A stretch of 64,000 bases of DNA from Candidatus Latescibacterota bacterium. Lineage in GTDB: Bacteria > Latescibacterota > UBA2968 > UBA8231. The position numbers and the translations under genes are program-made. This document shows positions 37,043 to 46,234 of this stretch, piece after piece. The notes beneath the pieces were generated by a model. It saw only the letters and a list, made by a program, of their open reading frames with translations. It had not been told where the DNA came from and did no database searches. Within the stretch, counting starts at the first letter, position 1. Every line of letters begins with the position of its first letter. Location of the stretch: assembly GCA_965221775.1 (NCBI GenBank), contig CBDCSU010000005.1:1248001-1312000 (forward strand). Direction: 5' to 3'.

Positions 37043-37072
37043 GACCAAATCGGAATATAGTCCGATCTGGTC
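37043..37072. promoter_or_regulatory. Operator-like inverted repeat GACCAAATCGGA-N6-TCCGATCTGGTC
   Basis: 11/12 arm match just upstream of the ATPase start. Confidence 0.55.
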
Positions 37073-37188
37073 CGGGCGCCAAGGGAGCCCCCGGCGCTTC
37101 GGCCATCGCCGCAACCACCTGCGCGGCAAAAGGGCTTCCGGTGGCTGCCCGGGTCCGTCGGCACCGCCTCACCAGGGCGTCCCTTCAA

Positions 37189-37665
37189 TCAAGGGTCCGC
37201 TTCATCACCAGTTCCTCCCCCCTCTGCCTCGCCCGTATGCTCGAAGCCCAGCTTGCGGTAGAAGCCCTCCGGACTGCCAGCCCCGGGAACATGGCTGAGG
37301 GTGAGTTCCTTCGCGTTCGGTTGTCCCTTCACGTGCTCGATCAGGAGCTTCATGGCGCGGCGTCCGTAGCCCTTCCCCTGATGCCGGGCATCGATCATGA
37401 AGCGCCACAGGTAGTACTCCCCGTGCTCCGGGTTGACGGACATCATCAGGAATCCGACGGGTGTCTCTCCCGCATGGATGGCGCGAAACCATGCCTCCAG
37501 CGAGAAATGGGCCTGGGCGATGGAGACCGCATTCGAAGCGACGAACCGTCTCTGCCCCCTGGTCACCCGAAGCTCCAGAATGGACATGAGGGTTTCCGCC
37601 GTGACCTCGCGCAGGCTGACCGTTGCCCCGGCGCCAGGTGGTGCCTTCGAGCGGGTCGGGTTCAT
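37189..37665 (-). CDS. GNAT N-acetyltransferase (polyamine acetyltransferase-like)
   Basis: FVASNAVSIAQA, LWRFMID..HQGKGYG, FYRKLGF. Confidence 0.88.
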   Translation of the reverse strand: MNPTRSKAPPGAGATVSLREVTAETLMSILELRVTRGQRRFVASNAVSIAQAHFSLEAWFRAIHAGETPVGFLMMSVNPEHGEYYLWRFMIDARHQGKGYGRRAMKLLIEHVKGQPNAKELTLSHVPGAGSPEGFYRKLGFEHTGEAEGGGTGDEADP

Positions 37666-38786
37666 TTGACGAGGAGCAGCGGCGAACCTGCCCACCGGCG
37701 GCGGTCGGCAGCCCTCGGCTTGTCGAGCATCGACTCAGGGCCCTGACCGGCCAGCTTGCCCAGGGTCGCGTGCAGCAGCTCGGCGTTGGCCATCGCGTCC
37801 TCGCCGGTGCAGCGGGGCCGCTCCCCGGTGCGGACGCAGCGCAGGAAGTGCTCGGCCTGGGCGCGGAAACACCAGGGCCCGGCCACCAGGGGCCGCTCGA
37901 TCACCGGCGACGGTCCGGCGCCGCGCAGCAGCTCCACCCGGGCGTGCTCGTCGCGGCGGAAGTTGGACGAGGGCCGGATCGTCAGGCGCCCCTTCTCGAA
38001 GTAGACGACCATGCTCTCGTCGCGGGGGCCCACCACCGACCGGCTGCCGGTGTGCACGCTCTTGTAGCCGCCGTGGTCGTAGATGAACATGCGGCTGCGG
38101 GTCTCCGGGTCCATGTCGGCGAAGAGGATCTCGCGGACCGGATCGAGGAGGTGGATCAGCATGTCGCTGAGGTGGGTGTCGAAGAAGTTGGTGCTCCACG
38201 ACAGCTCGTGGACCTCGGCGGGAAGGCCGTCGTCGGGGCCGGTCGGCACGGGCGGCTTCTCCTCCGCCGTCGTCACCGGTTCGCTGGAGCCGAACTCGTG
38301 GCCGGATCCGCCGCCGCCGTGAATGTGCAGTCTCACCTGCACGACCCGGCCCAGCTCCCCGGAGGCGCGCACCTCGGCCAGCAGCTCGCGGGCCTTGTCG
38401 ATGCCGGGGTCGTAGCGGCGCATGTAGCCCACCATCAGCAGGCGGCCGGTCTCTGCCGCGGCGTCGACGAGCCGGCGCGCCTCGGGCAGCCGGTCCGACA
38501 GGGGCTTCTCGGTGAAGACGTGCTTGCCGGCACGCAGCAGGTCGATCCCGACCGGCGCGTGCAGCGGCTCGCGCAGGATCATGACCACCGCCTCGATGTC
38601 GGGATCGTCGCACAGCACGCGGTGATCGCCGGCGATCTTGCCGATGCCGTACCGCGAGGCCAGCTCGGAGGCCAGCTCCACCCGCCGGTCCACCAGGGTG
38701 GTGATCTCGCACTGGCCGGAGGCGGCGAACCAGGGCAGGTGCACGGTCTGCGCCGCCCGGCCGCAGCCGATGAATCCGATCTTCAT
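37662..38786 (-). CDS. Gfo/Idh/MocA oxidoreductase
   Basis: IGFIGCG, GKHVFTEKP, VGYMRRYDP. Confidence 0.92.
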   Translation of the reverse strand: MKIGFIGCGRAAQTVHLPWFAASGQCEITTLVDRRVELASELASRYGIGKIAGDHRVLCDDPDIEAVVMILREPLHAPVGIDLLRAGKHVFTEKPLSDRLPEARRLVDAAAETGRLLMVGYMRRYDPGIDKARELLAEVRASGELGRVVQVRLHIHGGGGSGHEFGSSEPVTTAEEKPPVPTGPDDGLPAEVHELSWSTNFFDTHLSDMLIHLLDPVREILFADMDPETRSRMFIYDHGGYKSVHTGSRSVVGPRDESMVVYFEKGRLTIRPSSNFRRDEHARVELLRGAGPSPVIERPLVAGPWCFRAQAEHFLRCVRTGERPRCTGEDAMANAELLHATLGKLAGQGPESMLDKPRAADRRRWAGSPLLLVK

Positions 38787-39472
38787 TCGAGCAGGGCCGG
38801 CAGGTCCTCGATCCTCCGGCACCGGGGAAAGGCGTCCGACGTCCTGGCCGCCTTGCCCACCCAGTTCCAGGGCCACCTCTCGATGAACCAGGTGGCCCAG
38901 ATCGCCGTCAGGCCCGCCGCGTCGGCGCCGCGCAGCTCGTCGCTGCCGCCGTCCCCCGCGAAGGCCGCGGAACCGGCGTCGACGCCCAATCTGTCGCAGG
39001 CCACGTGATAGATGGCGGGATTCGGCTTGATCAACCCCTCCACACAGGAGAAGACCGACTCCTCGACCAGGGCCGAGAGCCCGCAGGAGTCCCAGGCGGC
39101 GGTCTCGTCATGGGAGCAGTTCGAGATCATCCCGACGCGGTATCCCTCCGCCTTCAGGGCCCGCAACGTCTCCACGACCGCCGGGTCCAGCCGCTCGAAG
39201 GGCCGTGCCTTGGCGGCCACCCGCTCCGCCTGCATCGCGGCGATCTCCTCCTCGGGCGGGTCGATTCGGCAGGCACGGCAGATGTCCCTCAGCACGTCGC
39301 CGTAGAGGGGCAGCCTGCCGGACATGCGCGCCCCGTAGCGGGCCGCCCACTCGCGGTTGAATTCCTCCCGCGGCAATCCGAGCCGCTCGCCCGGCGTCGG
39401 CGCCGGGACATGCCACTCCGGGTGGTTCTCGGTGACGAGGGTCTCGTAGAGATCGAACAGGACGGCCTTCAT
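38783..39472 (-). CDS. HAD-family hydrolase
   Basis: LFDLYETL, ISN, KPNP.IY, GDGGSDEL. Confidence 0.88.
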   Translation of the reverse strand: MKAVLFDLYETLVTENHPEWHVPAPTPGERLGLPREEFNREWAARYGARMSGRLPLYGDVLRDICRACRIDPPEEEIAAMQAERVAAKARPFERLDPAVVETLRALKAEGYRVGMISNCSHDETAAWDSCGLSALVEESVFSCVEGLIKPNPAIYHVACDRLGVDAGSAAFAGDGGSDELRGADAAGLTAIWATWFIERWPWNWVGKAARTSDAFPRCRRIEDLPALLE

Positions 39473-39504
39473 AAATTCCACCGGATAGGGAGAAACCCAA
39501 GGTG

Positions 39505-39945
39505 ATGCGGCCCGAGCACACAAATGAGAGACCGGCCGGGAAGGCCCTGGATGCGTTCTTCCACCGGGAGCGCCCTCCCGGAGTGGCGTCGGTCTATCTC
39601 TACGGAAGCGCGGCCCGGGGGCAGGAGCATTCGCAGAGCGACGTCGACGTGGCCGTGCTTCTGGACCGCGCCTGCTTCCCCTCGCGGGAGCAGCGGGCCG
39701 ACGAGCGGGTGCGGCTAACCGCCGAGCTGATCCACGCGCTCGCGAGAAACGACGTGGACCTCGTCGTTCTCAACGATGTCCCGCCGGGCCTCGGACGCCA
39801 TGCGATCACCGCGGGCGTCCGCGTGTACGTGGCCGACCACGAGGCCGATCACGCCTTCTGCCGCGACGTGCAGTTGCTCGCCGCTGATCTCGATCCATTC
39901 CTGCGACGAATGCGGGAGATCAAGCTCAGGGCTCTTTCCACGTGA
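39505..39945 (+). CDS. mntA: Minimal nucleotidyltransferase antitoxin (type VII TA)
   Basis: YLYGSAARG...SDVDVAV, VDLVVLN; coupled to a HEPN gene. Confidence 0.85.
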   Translation: MRPEHTNERPAGKALDAFFHRERPPGVASVYLYGSAARGQEHSQSDVDVAVLLDRACFPSREQRADERVRLTAELIHALARNDVDLVVLNDVPPGLGRHAITAGVRVYVADHEADHAFCRDVQLLAADLDPFLRRMREIKLRALST

Positions 39946-40358
39946 CCTACCTCGTGGAACGGCTCGCCGAGCTGCGCAAACACCTTGATCACCTGAGGGT
40001 GCTGGAGCCGAGGGTTGACGGGCCCGAGTTCCTGCAGCGGGACCTGAGCCTGCACAACGATGTCCTGTTCTCCCTGCTGATCACAGCGCAACGCGTCATC
40101 GACATCTCGGGAGAACTGTCCGCCCGCCGCGGGCAGCGCTTCGAGGACTACACCAAGGCGGTACGGAGTCTGTCGGCGTACGAGGAGTTCCCGCCGGACC
40201 TGGTGGACCAGCTCGCCCGCCTCCCCGGGTTCCGCGATACCCTGATCCACGAGTACGTCGCCCTCGACTACGAGCAGGTGGTCCGGGCGATCCGCGATCT
40301 CGAGCCCGTCGCGGAGTTCGTCCGCCGCGCGCCGGCCCTCGAGCAGGACCAGGGTTAG
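39942..40358 (+). CDS. hepT: HEPN/DUF86 RNase toxin
   Basis: GFRDTLIHEY Rx4HxY motif; GTGA overlap with mntA. Confidence 0.85.
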   Translation: MTYLVERLAELRKHLDHLRVLEPRVDGPEFLQRDLSLHNDVLFSLLITAQRVIDISGELSARRGQRFEDYTKAVRSLSAYEEFPPDLVDQLARLPGFRDTLIHEYVALDYEQVVRAIRDLEPVAEFVRRAPALEQDQG

Positions 40359-41530
40359 CCCAGGGCCGAGTCGCGCGCGGCGCCTGCCGGGACAGCCGCC
40401 GCGGTCCCCGTCTTCGCGCAGCGCTCTTCGAGCGCCACCCACTCTCCGTCCCCGCGTCCCACGTACTCCGACTGGGGCCGGAAGATCCGGCCCGTGGCTT
40501 CCTGCTCCCGGCAGTGGGCGATCCAGCCGGCCATGCGGCTCACGGCGAAGGTGCAGGTGAACAGCCCCGGCGGGACTCCGAGTTCGTGGAGCAGCACGGC
40601 CGTGTAGAACTCGGCGTTGGCGAACAGGCGCCGGCCGGGCTTGTACTCCGCCAACAGTCTCACCGCCTCTGCTTCCACGGTCCCCGCCAGATCGAGCAGG
40701 CCCGCCTCTCCCCTGGCCGCGCACAGATCTTCGGCGGCTTGTGCGAGGACCGCCGCCCGGGGGTCCCGCACCTTGTACTCGCGATGCCCGAAGCCCATCA
40801 GGCGTTCGCCGCGCTCGAGGGCGGCTCGGATGGACGGCTCAGCCCGGTCTGGAACCCCGATCGCCTGCAGCATGGCCAGGGCCGGCTCGGGTGCGCCGCC
40901 GTGGAGCGGGCCCTTCAAGGCGCCGAGGGCGCCGACGACGGCCGACTTCAGATCGGAGCGCGTCGAGGTGATGACGCGGGCGGTGAAGGTCGACGCGTTC
41001 ATGCCGTGGTCGACCATGGTGTTGAGGTAGGTGTCCAGCGCCCGCGCCCGGGCCTCCGTCGGCCGCCGGCCCGTCAGCATGTAGAGGAAGTTCGCCGCCA
41101 GGTGGAGTCCCGGGTCCGGCTGGACCACCGGTCTCCCTTCCATCGATCGCGATACCGCGGCGACGATGACGGGAGTGGCGCCCACGAGGGTGACATCCGC
41201 CTCCGGGTCTTCGACAGACAGCGAGTCGAGAGCCAGGCGCAGAACGTCGATCGGTCTCTGGCCTGCCGCCGCGGCGGCCTCGATCAGGGACCGCGTGTCT
41301 GCGGGCAGGGTCCAGCCCGACATCCGCCCCTGGAACTGGCGAAGCTGCTCGCGGTCCGGGAGCTCACCGTTCCACAGCAGGTGGACCGTCTCCTCGAAAC
41401 AGGCCTTCGGCGCAAGTTCCTCGACCGGGAATCCGCCCAGCCAGAGCCGGCCCTCCTCCCCGTCGATCCCGCTCAACCGCGTGCGCGCGGCGACCACTCC
41501 TTCCAGCCCTTCCTCGATCGCAACCGTCAT
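40355..41530 (-). CDS. Citrate synthase family protein
   Basis: GLEGVVA, DHGMNASTF, GPLHGGA, MGFGHR.YK..DPRA. Confidence 0.92.
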   Translation of the reverse strand: MTVAIEEGLEGVVAARTRLSGIDGEEGRLWLGGFPVEELAPKACFEETVHLLWNGELPDREQLRQFQGRMSGWTLPADTRSLIEAAAAAGQRPIDVLRLALDSLSVEDPEADVTLVGATPVIVAAVSRSMEGRPVVQPDPGLHLAANFLYMLTGRRPTEARARALDTYLNTMVDHGMNASTFTARVITSTRSDLKSAVVGALGALKGPLHGGAPEPALAMLQAIGVPDRAEPSIRAALERGERLMGFGHREYKVRDPRAAVLAQAAEDLCAARGEAGLLDLAGTVEAEAVRLLAEYKPGRRLFANAEFYTAVLLHELGVPPGLFTCTFAVSRMAGWIAHCREQEATGRIFRPQSEYVGRGDGEWVALEERCAKTGTAAAVPAGAARDSALG

Positions 41531-41621
41531 GCCCGGCTCCCTTCGATCGGGTTCGATTGACGATTGTACCGCGAGCTCATACATTGTCAATGTTGATTCA
41601 ATAATCAATCTATCTGCCTCC

Positions 41622-42890
41622 ATGCCCCCTTCCCGTTACCTCTCCTCCACCGAGGCCTGCTCCGAGCTGGGAATCCGGCCGCAGACCCTCTACTCCTACG
41701 TGAGCCGCGGCCTGGTCCGCTCCGAGACCGGGGATCAGCGGCGCCGCACCCGCCAGTACCACCGCGAGGACATCGAGCGGCTCCGCCACCAGAAGGAGCT
41801 GCGGGCCCATCCCGAGGCCGCCGCCGGGCGCGCCCTGCGGGCCGGGGACCCGGTCCTGGAGTCCGCCCTCAGCCGCATCGACGACGACGACCTCCACTAC
41901 CGGGGGATCAGCGTCGGCGAGCTGGCGCGAGGGGGCACCGCCGAGGAGGTGGCGGCCCTGCTGTGGACGGGGGACCGGTCGCGGCCCATCGAGGGATTCA
42001 CCGGCGAGATCCGGATGCAGGGGGTGGGACCGGGGCTCGGCGCGGAACTGGCGCCGCTGTCAGCCATCGAGCGGATGCAGGCGCTGCTCCCGGTGATCGC
42101 GGCGGCCGATCCCGCGGCCTACGCCACGGCGCCTCCGCAGATCCATCGCTGCGGGGCCCGCATCCTGCGGCTCATGACCCTGATCGCCGCCGGCCGGGCG
42201 CGGACCCGCGACGGAATCGCCCGGACCCTGCAGACCGCCTGGCTGCCGGAGAGGCCGGAGACCACCCCGCTCATCGAAGCCGCCCTGATCCTCTGCGCCG
42301 ACCACGAGCTGAACGTCTCCACCTTCACCTGCCGCACCGTGGCGTCGAGCGGGGCCAGCCTCTACGCGGTGGTGACGGCGGGACTCAGCGCCCTGCAGGG
42401 GCCCCGTCACGGCGGATCGACCGGGCGCCTGGAGGCCCTCTGGGACGAAGCCGAAGCGAGCGGCGCCGGGGAGACGGTCGACAGCAGGCTGAGGAGAGGG
42501 GATCCCGTCGAGGGCTTCGGACACGTGGTCTACCGAGGCGTCGACCCACGGGCGAAGATCCTCATGGGACTACTGGATGAAGCGGTCCCCGAGGCCCGCC
42601 AACTGGAAACGGCACGGGCCTTGATCGAGGAAGTTGGAAAGCGGACGGGACTCTCTCACAACGTGGACCTGGCGCTGGTGGCTTTGCGCCGGGCCCTGGG
42701 ACTGGAGAGAGGAGGCGCCCTGCTGCTGTTCTGCCTGGGGCGGACCATCGGCTGGATCGCCCATGCCATTGAGCAATACCAGACCGGGCGGCTGATACGC
42801 CCGCGCGCCCGGTACACCGGACCGGATCCCGGATCCATGTCCGCTACTGCGACGGCATCGGCTGCAACGCCTCCACGAAGACGGCGCTGA
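41622..42890 (+). CDS. HTH-citrate synthase family fusion protein
   Basis: N-terminal LGIRPQTLYSYVSRGL HTH; ADHELNVSTF, GPRHGG, GFGH, NVD. Confidence 0.88.
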   Translation: MPPSRYLSSTEACSELGIRPQTLYSYVSRGLVRSETGDQRRRTRQYHREDIERLRHQKELRAHPEAAAGRALRAGDPVLESALSRIDDDDLHYRGISVGELARGGTAEEVAALLWTGDRSRPIEGFTGEIRMQGVGPGLGAELAPLSAIERMQALLPVIAAADPAAYATAPPQIHRCGARILRLMTLIAAGRARTRDGIARTLQTAWLPERPETTPLIEAALILCADHELNVSTFTCRTVASSGASLYAVVTAGLSALQGPRHGGSTGRLEALWDEAEASGAGETVDSRLRRGDPVEGFGHVVYRGVDPRAKILMGLLDEAVPEARQLETARALIEEVGKRTGLSHNVDLALVALRRALGLERGGALLLFCLGRTIGWIAHAIEQYQTGRLIRPRARYTGPDPGSMSATATASAATPPRRRR

Positions 42891-43015
42891 AGCTGCTCAC
42901 TCTGGGCTTTGAGGTGCGCGAGCTGATCGGCGGGCTGGACTGGTGGAAGCGCGACGGCTACGCCACGGCGGGGACCGGGGGGCGGCCCGGGACCGAGATC
43001 AAGTGCGGGTGTTGA
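42845..43015 (+). pseudogene. 5'-truncated rhodanese-domain gene
   Basis: Start-less frame YCDGIGCNASTKTALKLLTLGFEVRELIGGLDWWKRDGY...CGC*. Confidence 0.7.
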
Positions 43016-43033
43016 GTCGCGTGGCCGCCCGCG

Positions 43034-43330
43034 TCAGGTGGGCGATGCGCCGGCGAGCTCCCGGTCGATGACATCGCCCTTCGTGGCTTCGACGAGAGAG
43101 ACGTCGAACTGGCTCTGCAGATTCATCCACAAGGCGGCCCCCGTGCCGAGGTAGCGCCCGAGGCGGACGGCCGTATCGGCGGTGATCGACCGCTCGGCAC
43201 GAAGGATCGCCGTGATCCGGTTTGCGGGCACCCGGATGGCGAGGGCCAGCTGATTCGCGCTCATGTCCCGGGCGTCGAGCTCGGCCCGGAGTAGTTGTCC
43301 GGGGTGTGTCTTGATGCGTGGCATTGGCAA
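43034..43330 (-). CDS. higA: HigA-family antitoxin
   Basis: HPGQLL...LA.AIRVPANRIT...RSITADTAVRL..LWMNLQ. Confidence 0.92.
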   Translation of the reverse strand: MPMPRIKTHPGQLLRAELDARDMSANQLALAIRVPANRITAILRAERSITADTAVRLGRYLGTGAALWMNLQSQFDVSLVEATKGDVIDRELAGASPT

Positions 43331-43336
43331 TCCTCC

Positions 43337-43624
43337 TCAGCCCTTGTGATAGTCCTCGATGGCGACGTCGTGCGCGTTGCCGTCATGGAAGCGGAACGTG
43401 ACCCGCCACCGGCCATTCACGGTCATTGCCCATTGGCCTTGCCTTGAGCCCTTCAGCGCATGCAGGCGAGCTGCTCTCACCGATCGGAGCGGCTCCAGCG
43501 CAGGAGTCGCGTCCAAGGCGTCGAGCAGTATGAGCGCCCGACTGTAGTCCAGACCCCGAAAACCCCGTTGCCGACCCTCCTCGAAGAGCCGCCGGGTTCC
43601 ACTGTTGGCGAAAGACAGAATCAC
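43337..43624 (-). CDS. higB: HigB/RelE-family toxin
   Basis: MILSFA...RLHALKG.RQGQWAMTVNGRWRVTF.F...DVAIEDYH. Confidence 0.92.
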   Translation of the reverse strand: MILSFANSGTRRLFEEGRQRGFRGLDYSRALILLDALDATPALEPLRSVRAARLHALKGSRQGQWAMTVNGRWRVTFRFHDGNAHDVAIEDYHKG

Positions 43625-43630
43625 CCTCAG

Positions 43631-43659
43631 ACGTTAGGACGGGTCTCGTAGCACGTCAA
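43631..43659 (-). promoter_or_regulatory. higBA promoter TTGACG-N17-TAACGT, probably leaderless
   Basis: The -10 ends 6 nt before the GTG start; no clear SD. Confidence 0.55.
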
Positions 43660-43753
43660 GCGTAGTAAGAAAGCAAGGGGTCCGAAGGTTGGCTGCCTTC
43701 AGAGGCGGCGGCGGAGAATGACGCTGCTACTGCGAACCCTGGCTTGGAGGCAG

Positions 43754-46234
43754 CTACAGAGGATCAGCCTCACTCGTCCCGATGACGAAACAGGGTGTCC
43801 GGGTGCGCCAGTTGGGCCAGCGGGTGGACCGCCCATCCTCGAAATGGAACTCGAAGAACACCATCAGGTCCCAGGCGGGATCGATGGCCTCTCCCGGGAT
43901 CACCGCTCGATGCGCGTCCCCGGCGGGTCCCATGTCCACGCAGCTGAAGTCCATGGCCTGATGGGCGATCCGGTGGTGGCAGCGAACGGCGCGCGGCGTT
44001 GGTGATTCGCACCGGATGCGGAGCTCCAGGTCGCGACCCACCTCGGCGCGGTCTGGAGGAACGAAGGTCACCTCCGGCGGGTCGGGATGGACCTCGCCGC
44101 CGGGGAAAGGCCCCGGGTCCGCGGATCCGATCTCCGGCTGTTCCGCCATGAGCGCATCCACGACCTCCAAGTCGCGCTCGACCACCCGCAGGTCATCCCT
44201 CCAGTGGCCGGTATGGCCCTTCTCGCGGAACCCGAAGATCAGGTCGCCGCTGTAGGCGCTCTCCGCCGCCGATGAGAGGGCGATCCAGTGGCCGCGCGCC
44301 TGTAGCAGCAACTCGCGCACAGCGGGCAGGCGGTGAGTCTCCCCCGCCTTGCGGTGCAAGGCCAGGTGCACGGCCGCCAGCAGACGGCAGGCATGGTACT
44401 CCGCCAAGTGCGCGAGCAGGGTGAAGTCGAGGAGGATGTGTCGCAGCTCCGGCTGCTCCGAATGTCCTCCATCGAGGCCGGACAGAAGGCCGCGTACCTC
44501 TGCGGCAATCCGGCGCAGGTGATGGGACACCTGGGGCGGCGTCCACTTGCCGCGGAGCCGGTCACCCATGGCATCCTCCACGTACTCGTCGATCCCGTAG
44601 AACCGGGTGGGGTCGCTGGGCTCGGTGCGCGCGTCCTCCTCCAGGCCGCGGCCGGCGAAGCGCTCGGGCCAGAAGGTCCAGAGGCTGGCCGAGTGCTGCA
44701 GCACTACCGTCAGCAGAGGCAGGATCTTGCCCCCGGTGGTGTAGAGCTCCTCCACCGCCGCCGCGGACTCCCCGAAGCGATGGCGCAGCTCCCGCCGCCA
44801 GACCTCGGGCGAAGCCTCCGGGTCGTAGCCGAGGCGGCCGAAGAGCAGGTGGAACATCCAGTGGCGCCGGTGCTCGGCCGCGGGCGACGCGAAGGCAGGA
44901 TCGATGCTCACCGCCCACGGCGGCCCGTCGTCGCGGACTCCCTTGTTGGTGAGCGGCGCCATCACCTCGAAGCCGTCGCCGCCGAAGGTGCAGGAACGGG
45001 CGAAGCGCCTCACCCACTCCGGATCGCCCCACGGCAGCACGCGCTGGCTGCCCGCGCTCCAGAGTCGGTGGATCAGCGGAAAGGAGCGCGGCTTGCGCAG
45101 CAGGTCCCAGGTGCCGTAGCGCCGGTAGTTCCTCCGGTCGAACCGCTGAATCGCCGGCATCGGGTAGGGCATGCCGAGGTGCTCGCACCAGTGCTTGGTG
45201 GAGACCACCGTGTCGGGGACCAGCTGCCGCGCCAGCCGGATGGTGTCGTCGGCGAGTCCCTTGGCGCGCAGGTCCAGGCGGATCCGCCGGCCGCACCCGG
45301 CGATGGCGCGGAACTGCGGCTCGTAGTACCCGGCCTGGCGGTCCTCGGCGACGCCGGACTCGTGGTTCATGCGGAACTGCACGCCGTCGATCCCCGGGCA
45401 CGCCGCGAGCAGCCGCCCCAGGCCGGCGGCGTTGTACTCCGCCAGGATCTCCGGCGTGAGGCCCTCCACCTGGGGATCGCCGTAGTCGTGGGCGTGCTGG
45501 GACCAGACGCCGAAGGTGAAGTGCAGGCCCCGCCGGCGGGTGAGCCCGGCGACGCGGACCAGCATCTCCAGGTGACGATCCCGCTGCTGCGCGCTGAAGC
45601 CGATGGCACGGACCCGCGGGAACCCCGGGACCTCCAGCAGGAAGGGATAGGGCGGCGACAGGTAGGCGATCTGGTGGCCGAAGGTGAGGCTCAGGTTGTT
45701 GTATCGGCTGCGCGCCAACCGGCCCAGGTACTCCTCCCAGAACGCGTCGTCGTAGAACCACTCCTCCTCGAGGCGGCGGTTGCAGAGGAAGAGCTGCATG
45801 CTGCGCCACTCCAGGTGCGGAGACTCGACCGCGGGATGGATCGCCGCGAGAGCGCGGGTCTCCGGCGGCGCCAGCTCGACGGCGCGAGCCGCTTCGAGGA
45901 GGGCGTACGTCAGGCCGCGCTCGTCGCGGCCGCAGACGAGGAACCCGCCGCCGGCCAGGGGCTGAAGGACCAGGGATTCAGGCGCATCGGGGCAGGAGAC
46001 CCCGGCGCGGGCGAGGGCGTCCGCCGCGGCCGGAGATCCTCCGGCCAGGCCGACGACGATGGCCGGACCCGCGCCGGGGGCGGCGGTGATCCCGGGGGAT
46101 TCGCCGCGGGCTCGGAGGACGCGCGTCAGCTCGTCGAGGGCCCGGTGGGCGGCCGGGGGCAGCCCCGTGTCGACGAGGAGGTTCACCGTGTCTGGCCAGC
46201 GCCGGGCCGGGGCATCCTGGTCAGGAAGGACCAC
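43754..46234 (-). CDS. Large hypothetical protein, glycoside-hydrolase-like
   Basis: PESLVL...GRDERGLTYA N-terminal domain resembling GH20/GH67/GH115 N-domains; GC-biased codon usage. Confidence 0.6.
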   Translation of the reverse strand: MVLPDQDAPARRWPDTVNLLVDTGLPPAAHRALDELTRVLRARGESPGITAAPGAGPAIVVGLAGGSPAAADALARAGVSCPDAPESLVLQPLAGGGFLVCGRDERGLTYALLEAARAVELAPPETRALAAIHPAVESPHLEWRSMQLFLCNRRLEEEWFYDDAFWEEYLGRLARSRYNNLSLTFGHQIAYLSPPYPFLLEVPGFPRVRAIGFSAQQRDRHLEMLVRVAGLTRRRGLHFTFGVWSQHAHDYGDPQVEGLTPEILAEYNAAGLGRLLAACPGIDGVQFRMNHESGVAEDRQAGYYEPQFRAIAGCGRRIRLDLRAKGLADDTIRLARQLVPDTVVSTKHWCEHLGMPYPMPAIQRFDRRNYRRYGTWDLLRKPRSFPLIHRLWSAGSQRVLPWGDPEWVRRFARSCTFGGDGFEVMAPLTNKGVRDDGPPWAVSIDPAFASPAAEHRRHWMFHLLFGRLGYDPEASPEVWRRELRHRFGESAAAVEELYTTGGKILPLLTVVLQHSASLWTFWPERFAGRGLEEDARTEPSDPTRFYGIDEYVEDAMGDRLRGKWTPPQVSHHLRRIAAEVRGLLSGLDGGHSEQPELRHILLDFTLLAHLAEYHACRLLAAVHLALHRKAGETHRLPAVRELLLQARGHWIALSSAAESAYSGDLIFGFREKGHTGHWRDDLRVVERDLEVVDALMAEQPEIGSADPGPFPGGEVHPDPPEVTFVPPDRAEVGRDLELRIRCESPTPRAVRCHHRIAHQAMDFSCVDMGPAGDAHRAVIPGEAIDPAWDLMVFFEFHFEDGRSTRWPNWRTRTPCFVIGTSEADPL

